Position numbers and translations under genes: made by a program. Of a DNA stretch of 34,578 bases, positions 31,558 to 34,578 are shown piece after piece. How positions within the stretch are numbered: position 1 is the first letter of the stretch; every line of letters begins with the position of its first letter. Source of the DNA: an uncultured Candidatus Saccharibacteria bacterium (GTDB lineage: Bacteria; Patescibacteriota; Minisyncoccia; Phycocordibacterales; PALSA-1337); NCBI GenBank assembly GCA_964602725.1, contig CAZRRZ010000006.1, positions 1-34,578 of the forward strand. The letters run 5' to 3'. Under the pieces are notes generated by a model. The model did not search any database, was not told the DNA's origin, and saw nothing but the letters and a program-made list of their open reading frames with translations.

Positions 31558-32856
31558 ATGCAGTACGTACACCTGTTTTCGGCCTTTACCAGCCATTTGG
31601 AGTCCATTGTTACCCAAGGAGGCTATATATTCCTGCTTATAACGACTCTCCTTGAGGGGGTGCCGCTCGTGGGCATGTTGGTACCTGGACATATTTCCAT
31701 CATTATTGCCGGATTCTTGGCAAAGGTGGGTATCTTGAACATATATTGGGTTGCCACTATAGCCCTATTTGGTGCCATTGCTGGAGACTATATAGGCTTC
31801 TATCTCGGTCGCAAGTACGGCATGTCATTTATAGACCGCTTGCGCCCCTATTTTTTTGTAACACAAGCGCATATTGATAAAGCTCATAGACTTCTCGACA
31901 AGCATACTGGCAAGGCCATGATTATCGGACGCTTTAGTCCGGTGACGCGTGCGCTCATGCCGTTCTTGGTTGGTACTAGCAAGACTCCCGTAAGCAGGTT
32001 CTGGCTTTTTAATGTTATAGGCGCCATCAGTTGGACAGTTGTATCACTGGCGATTGGTTATATTTTCGGAGCAGGGTATGGTGCGGCCGCACAGTCGCTG
32101 GGTACATTTACGATCTTTGCCGTCATTGCATCATTGGTTATTATCTGGGGGTACTACTTCGTCAATGTTCGCTTTCACATCTTCAAAAAATACGAACTCT
32201 TTGTACTCATTCTCAACGTTCTTGCTCTTTACTTTCTTTCGAAAACAATTCAAGATGCGTGGGCTCCGCATTCCTTCATGGCAAATTTTGATGTCCACGT
32301 GAGTGTGTTTATGGAGGTGTTTGGCATGGCGCATGCATGGTTTGGAAAAGTGGCGCTTTACATCACCACGCTCGGCAGTACCACGGTTGTCTCCGTGCTC
32401 GGCATGATCGCCACAATCATATTGGCGATCCGTCATCGCTGGCGTTCGGCAGTGATCATGTTCTGCGCGCTCGGCTCAACAGGTGTGGCACTCGCTGTAC
32501 TCAAGACTTTTTTCATGCGCGTCCGTCCCGACAACGCAATCATCACCATACTGAATGATCCGAGCTTTCCGAGTGGCCACTCAGCCATGGCGGCGGCATT
32601 TTTTGTGATCATTGCCTACCTGCTTGTCCGTCGCATTCAGTCCATCATATGGCGTGAACTGGCTATCGTAGGTTGTGTTTTGGCGTCTGTCGCTATAGGT
32701 CTCAGTCGTGTTGCGCTCAATGTTCACTGGGCATCGGATGTCATCGCTGGCTGGGCGCTGGGGGTATTCTTTGCAACGGCATCCATACTTTTGGTAAGAT
32801 ACGTCGGTGCGCTTTTTGTAGCGGATATTATTAAACAAGATCAGTATAAGAAATAA
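31558..32856 (+). CDS. Fusion protein: DedA (SNARE-associated) family domain plus PAP2 lipid phosphatase domain
   Basis: The N-terminal half carries DedA motifs (LLEGVPLVGMLVPG, GRFSPVTRALMPFLVGTSK). The C-terminal half carries the PAP2 tripartite motif KTFFMRVRPD, PSGHS and SRVALNVHWASDV. An alternative GTG start at 31522 would add 12 aa. Confidence 0.88.
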   Translation: MQYVHLFSAFTSHLESIVTQGGYIFLLITTLLEGVPLVGMLVPGHISIIIAGFLAKVGILNIYWVATIALFGAIAGDYIGFYLGRKYGMSFIDRLRPYFFVTQAHIDKAHRLLDKHTGKAMIIGRFSPVTRALMPFLVGTSKTPVSRFWLFNVIGAISWTVVSLAIGYIFGAGYGAAAQSLGTFTIFAVIASLVIIWGYYFVNVRFHIFKKYELFVLILNVLALYFLSKTIQDAWAPHSFMANFDVHVSVFMEVFGMAHAWFGKVALYITTLGSTTVVSVLGMIATIILAIRHRWRSAVIMFCALGSTGVALAVLKTFFMRVRPDNAIITILNDPSFPSGHSAMAAAFFVIIAYLLVRRIQSIIWRELAIVGCVLASVAIGLSRVALNVHWASDVIAGWALGVFFATASILLVRYVGALFVADIIKQDQYKK

Positions 32857-32859
32857 CAT

Positions 32860-33588
32860 ATGTACAAATTAGTTCTCATGAGACACGGGCAGACGGTCTA
32901 TAACAAACAGAAGATTTTTTGCGGTTGGACGGACGTTGATCTTACTGAACAGGGAATAGATGAGGCAAAGCGTGCTGGGCAGAATTTAAAAAAGGCCGGC
33001 TACGCATTCGATGAGGGATTCTGTTCCGTATTGAAACGATCAATGGAAACGCTGAGTATTGTTCTCGATGAAATGGGCGTCAAAGATTTGCCGGTTGATT
33101 ACTCATGGAGGCTCAACGAGAGGCATTATGGCTCGCTTCAGGGTCAGAAGCATGAAGATGTCGCAAAGACATGCAGTCCGGAGCAGGTTCAGATCTGGCG
33201 CCGAAGTTTTTGCGAAAGACCACCACAGCTTACGGAGAACGACCCACGCAATCCCTGCAATGATCCAAAATACTGCGATATTGATAAAAAAGATTTGCCG
33301 TGTGGAGAATCACTTGAAGATACCATCAAGCGCGTGCTCCCATATCTGAAAGACAGTATTCTTCCGGCGGTTAAGAACGGAAAAAAGGTTATTGTTGCCG
33401 CAAGCGGGAACAGTCTCCGTGCTCTCATAAAGTATATGGACAACATAAGCGACGATGATATCGTTGGGCTTGAAATCATGACCGGCACCCCACTTGTGTA
33501 TGAATTGGATGACAATCTGAAACCGATGAGGAAATACTACATTCTCGATAACGGTGTTGAACAGGCAGTTGAGATTGTGAAAAAGTAG
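32860..33588 (+). CDS. gpmA: 2,3-bisphosphoglycerate-dependent phosphoglycerate mutase
   Basis: 242 aa. LVLMRHGQTVYN (catalytic His), ERHYGSLQG and AASGNSLRALIKY. The start is 3 nt after the upstream stop. Confidence 0.92.
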   Translation: MYKLVLMRHGQTVYNKQKIFCGWTDVDLTEQGIDEAKRAGQNLKKAGYAFDEGFCSVLKRSMETLSIVLDEMGVKDLPVDYSWRLNERHYGSLQGQKHEDVAKTCSPEQVQIWRRSFCERPPQLTENDPRNPCNDPKYCDIDKKDLPCGESLEDTIKRVLPYLKDSILPAVKNGKKVIVAASGNSLRALIKYMDNISDDDIVGLEIMTGTPLVYELDDNLKPMRKYYILDNGVEQAVEIVKK

Positions 33589-33788
33589 AATAGCTGTGAT
33601 TCTATTCCCATACCTTACTAAGTTGTGATCTAATTTTTTCCCAAATTAGACCATGTCGCCGGACCTTGGATTCAAGCCATTATTCCATCTTAGATTTTGA
33701 CGACTAGTCAACTTGGTGACAGAACAATACCGGTGCTTGCGCTGGCAGTATAATTGTATTGCGAGACATAACCCCCTCGCTTACTATA

Positions 33789-33857
33789 ATGACAAAGAAG
33801 CCTGAACCAGCTCCTGCTCCAGCGCAGCAGCCACAGACTCCTCCGCAGACTGCATAG
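33789..33857 (+). other. 22-codon Pro/Gln/Ala-rich micro-ORF (MTKKPEPAPAPAQQPQTPPQTA) inside a short independent transcription unit; alternatively a small RNA
   Basis: TATAAT at 33749-33754 lies upstream and a strong terminator at 33878-33904 lies downstream. The unit is about 145 nt. Confidence 0.35.
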
Positions 33858-33877
33858 TTTGCGAGGATCTCTAAAAG

Positions 33878-33904
33878 AAAAACCCCAGCGATGGGGTTTT
33901 TCTT
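33878..33904 (+). terminator. Intrinsic terminator
   Basis: GAAAAACCCCA - gcga - TGGGGTTTTTC followed by TTT. Confidence 0.85.
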
Positions 33905-33913
33905 TGCATGTGA

Positions 33914-33942
33914 TTGACATGTAGTAATTTGTATGCTAGGAT
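33914..33942 (+). promoter_or_regulatory. Sigma-70-type promoter TTGACA - 17 nt - TAGGAT (TG at the extended position)
   Basis: Consensus -35, correct spacing and a TGcTAGGAT -10 region. It lies about 80 nt upstream of the ATG at 34021. Confidence 0.55.
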
Positions 33943-34020
33943 AAAATTGTACAAAAGGCGTGTCACTTCGCCACAACCAGCAATGTAGAAAGTGATGTGT
34001 TTCTTTGAAAGAAGGTATCT

Positions 34021-34365
34021 ATGACGATTGAACAACATCGAAAAGACATGCGCTCGATGACGATTTTGGGCGCTGCTCTCATTGTCCTGTTTGTTTTGTG
34101 CGCAGTGTCCGGGGAGTTACGCGCAAACAACTGGGTCTGGGAATGGCCGACTCGTACAGCATTACATTTTCAACTCGGGATGATGTCGGCCGTGCTTGTG
34201 GCGATTGGCTGGGCGCTCGGGTTCATGACCTGTATCCATGGCCTGGTCCACCAAGAACCCACGTTCAATAGTTCCAAGTGGGACTGGCGTTGCCCCCATG
34301 CCAGAATGGTAACCGGCTGGGGCATCGTCGGCACTATCGGCTTCATTGGTCTCTTGGTGTTTTGA
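34021..34365 (+). CDS. Hypothetical membrane protein (114 aa, 3 TM)
   Basis: Hydrophobic segments (ILGAALIVLFVLCAV, MMSAVLVAIGWALGFMTCI, GWGIVGTIGFIGLLVF). AAGAAGG lies 8 nt upstream of the ATG, and a terminator lies downstream. Confidence 0.65.
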   Translation: MTIEQHRKDMRSMTILGAALIVLFVLCAVSGELRANNWVWEWPTRTALHFQLGMMSAVLVAIGWALGFMTCIHGLVHQEPTFNSSKWDWRCPHARMVTGWGIVGTIGFIGLLVF

Positions 34366-34382
34366 GAAGGTGATGTCGTGCG

Positions 34383-34410
34383 GCCGCCGGGTATTCCTCG
34401 GCGGCTTTTT
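34383..34410 (+). terminator. Intrinsic terminator
   Basis: GCCGCCG - ggtattcct - CGGCGGC forms a perfect 7-bp stem, followed by TTTTT. Confidence 0.8.
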
Positions 34411-34419
34411 CATACGCAA

Positions 34420-34443
34420 CACTACCCGCATAAGCGGGTAGTG
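34420..34443. other. Perfect 10-bp hairpin (CACTACCCGC - ataa - GCGGGTAGTG) without a U-tract
   Basis: Seen directly in the sequence. Its arms reproduce both strands of the acceptor stem of the tRNA-Gly at 29533-29603. Confidence 0.6.
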
Positions 34444-34578
34444 TGCCATAGGGTAGGCCGTTGTTCATATGGGAGAAAGAGTCCGAAATATATAAGGTGG
34501 AATCGAGACTTGGTACGTAGTACCGAAAGTACTTTGTGATTCCTATAATTTGATTTAAGGATCTTCTCCATGAACAAA

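Noticed and set aside
33704-33976. 90-aa and 70-aa minus-strand ORFs
   Set aside because: They run antisense through a promoter, a strong terminator hairpin and the next gene's promoter. Their low-complexity Cys/Gly/Ala-rich translation mirrors the plus-strand Pro/Gln/Ala micro-ORF.
29533-34443. Interpretation of the whole tRNA-Gly to hairpin interval as an integrated mobile element
   Set aside because: There is no integrase or excisionase. The interval includes the housekeeping gene gpmA and a DedA-PAP2 envelope gene, and the direct match is only 9 nt. It is kept as a low-interest finding rather than a mobile_element feature.
1-34578. CRISPR arrays, IS elements, transposases, integrases, prophage genes and rRNA operons
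   Set aside because: There are no regularly spaced direct repeats, no terminal inverted repeats flanking an ORF, no recombinase or transposase motifs in any ORF and no rRNA-like sequence. The only repeat-like singularity is the G-run tract at 10800-10841.
34544-34578. Possible promoter (TATAAT 34544-34549), SD (AAGGA) and ATG at 34570 starting a gene that runs off the window
   Set aside because: Only three codons (MNK) are visible, so this cannot be supported as a feature.

Overview
This is a gene-dense (about 90% coding) bacterial chromosomal window of roughly 45-50% GC. It uses the standard code: TGA is a stop, for example at 3485-3487.

Gene content and several reduced or fused proteins suggest a small-genome, monoderm-like bacterium, possibly Patescibacteria/CPR. 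That assignment is inference only.

Housekeeping and envelope genes I can support:
- DEAD-box helicase, GlcD-like FAD oxidase and msrA / padR / msrB.
- A bacterial-type aspS that lacks the GAD insertion.
- Gmad2-like secreted protein, NrnA-like DHH phosphoesterase and cyclophilin.
- Cas4-like PD-(D/E)XK nuclease, DoxX, DUF1761 and DUF192 proteins.
- Class II (B12) ribonucleotide reductase with an ATP-cone.
- RNase P RNA on the + strand at about 21733-22100, which invalidates the antisense ORF there.
- A Wzy/O-antigen-ligase-like protein with a TPR tail, followed by murJ.
- lepA, an FtsB/DivIC-like protein, tRNA-Gly(CCC), an NrdH-like redoxin, a DedA-PAP2 fusion and gpmA.
- A six-gene minus-strand operon (3918-9134) that links an ECF sigma factor to a MacAB/HlyD-type ABC exporter.

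No CRISPR array, transposase, integrase or rRNA is visible.

Observations most worth a second look:
1. An AT-rich cassette directly 3' of tRNA-Gly. It holds a translationally coupled small protein and a retropepsin-like aspartic protease, then a perfect consensus promoter, a long structured leader and a 175-aa orphan.
2. A recurrent architecture in which a -10 or extended -10 element sits 5-9 nt upstream of the ATG. This implies mostly leaderless first genes, and includes one palindromic shared -10 between divergent starts.
3. A very strong G-quadruplex-type tract in the padR-msrB divergent region.
4. Unannotated micro-genes and a candidate small RNA, each with its own promoter and/or terminator.
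5. Several stand-alone orphan genes.
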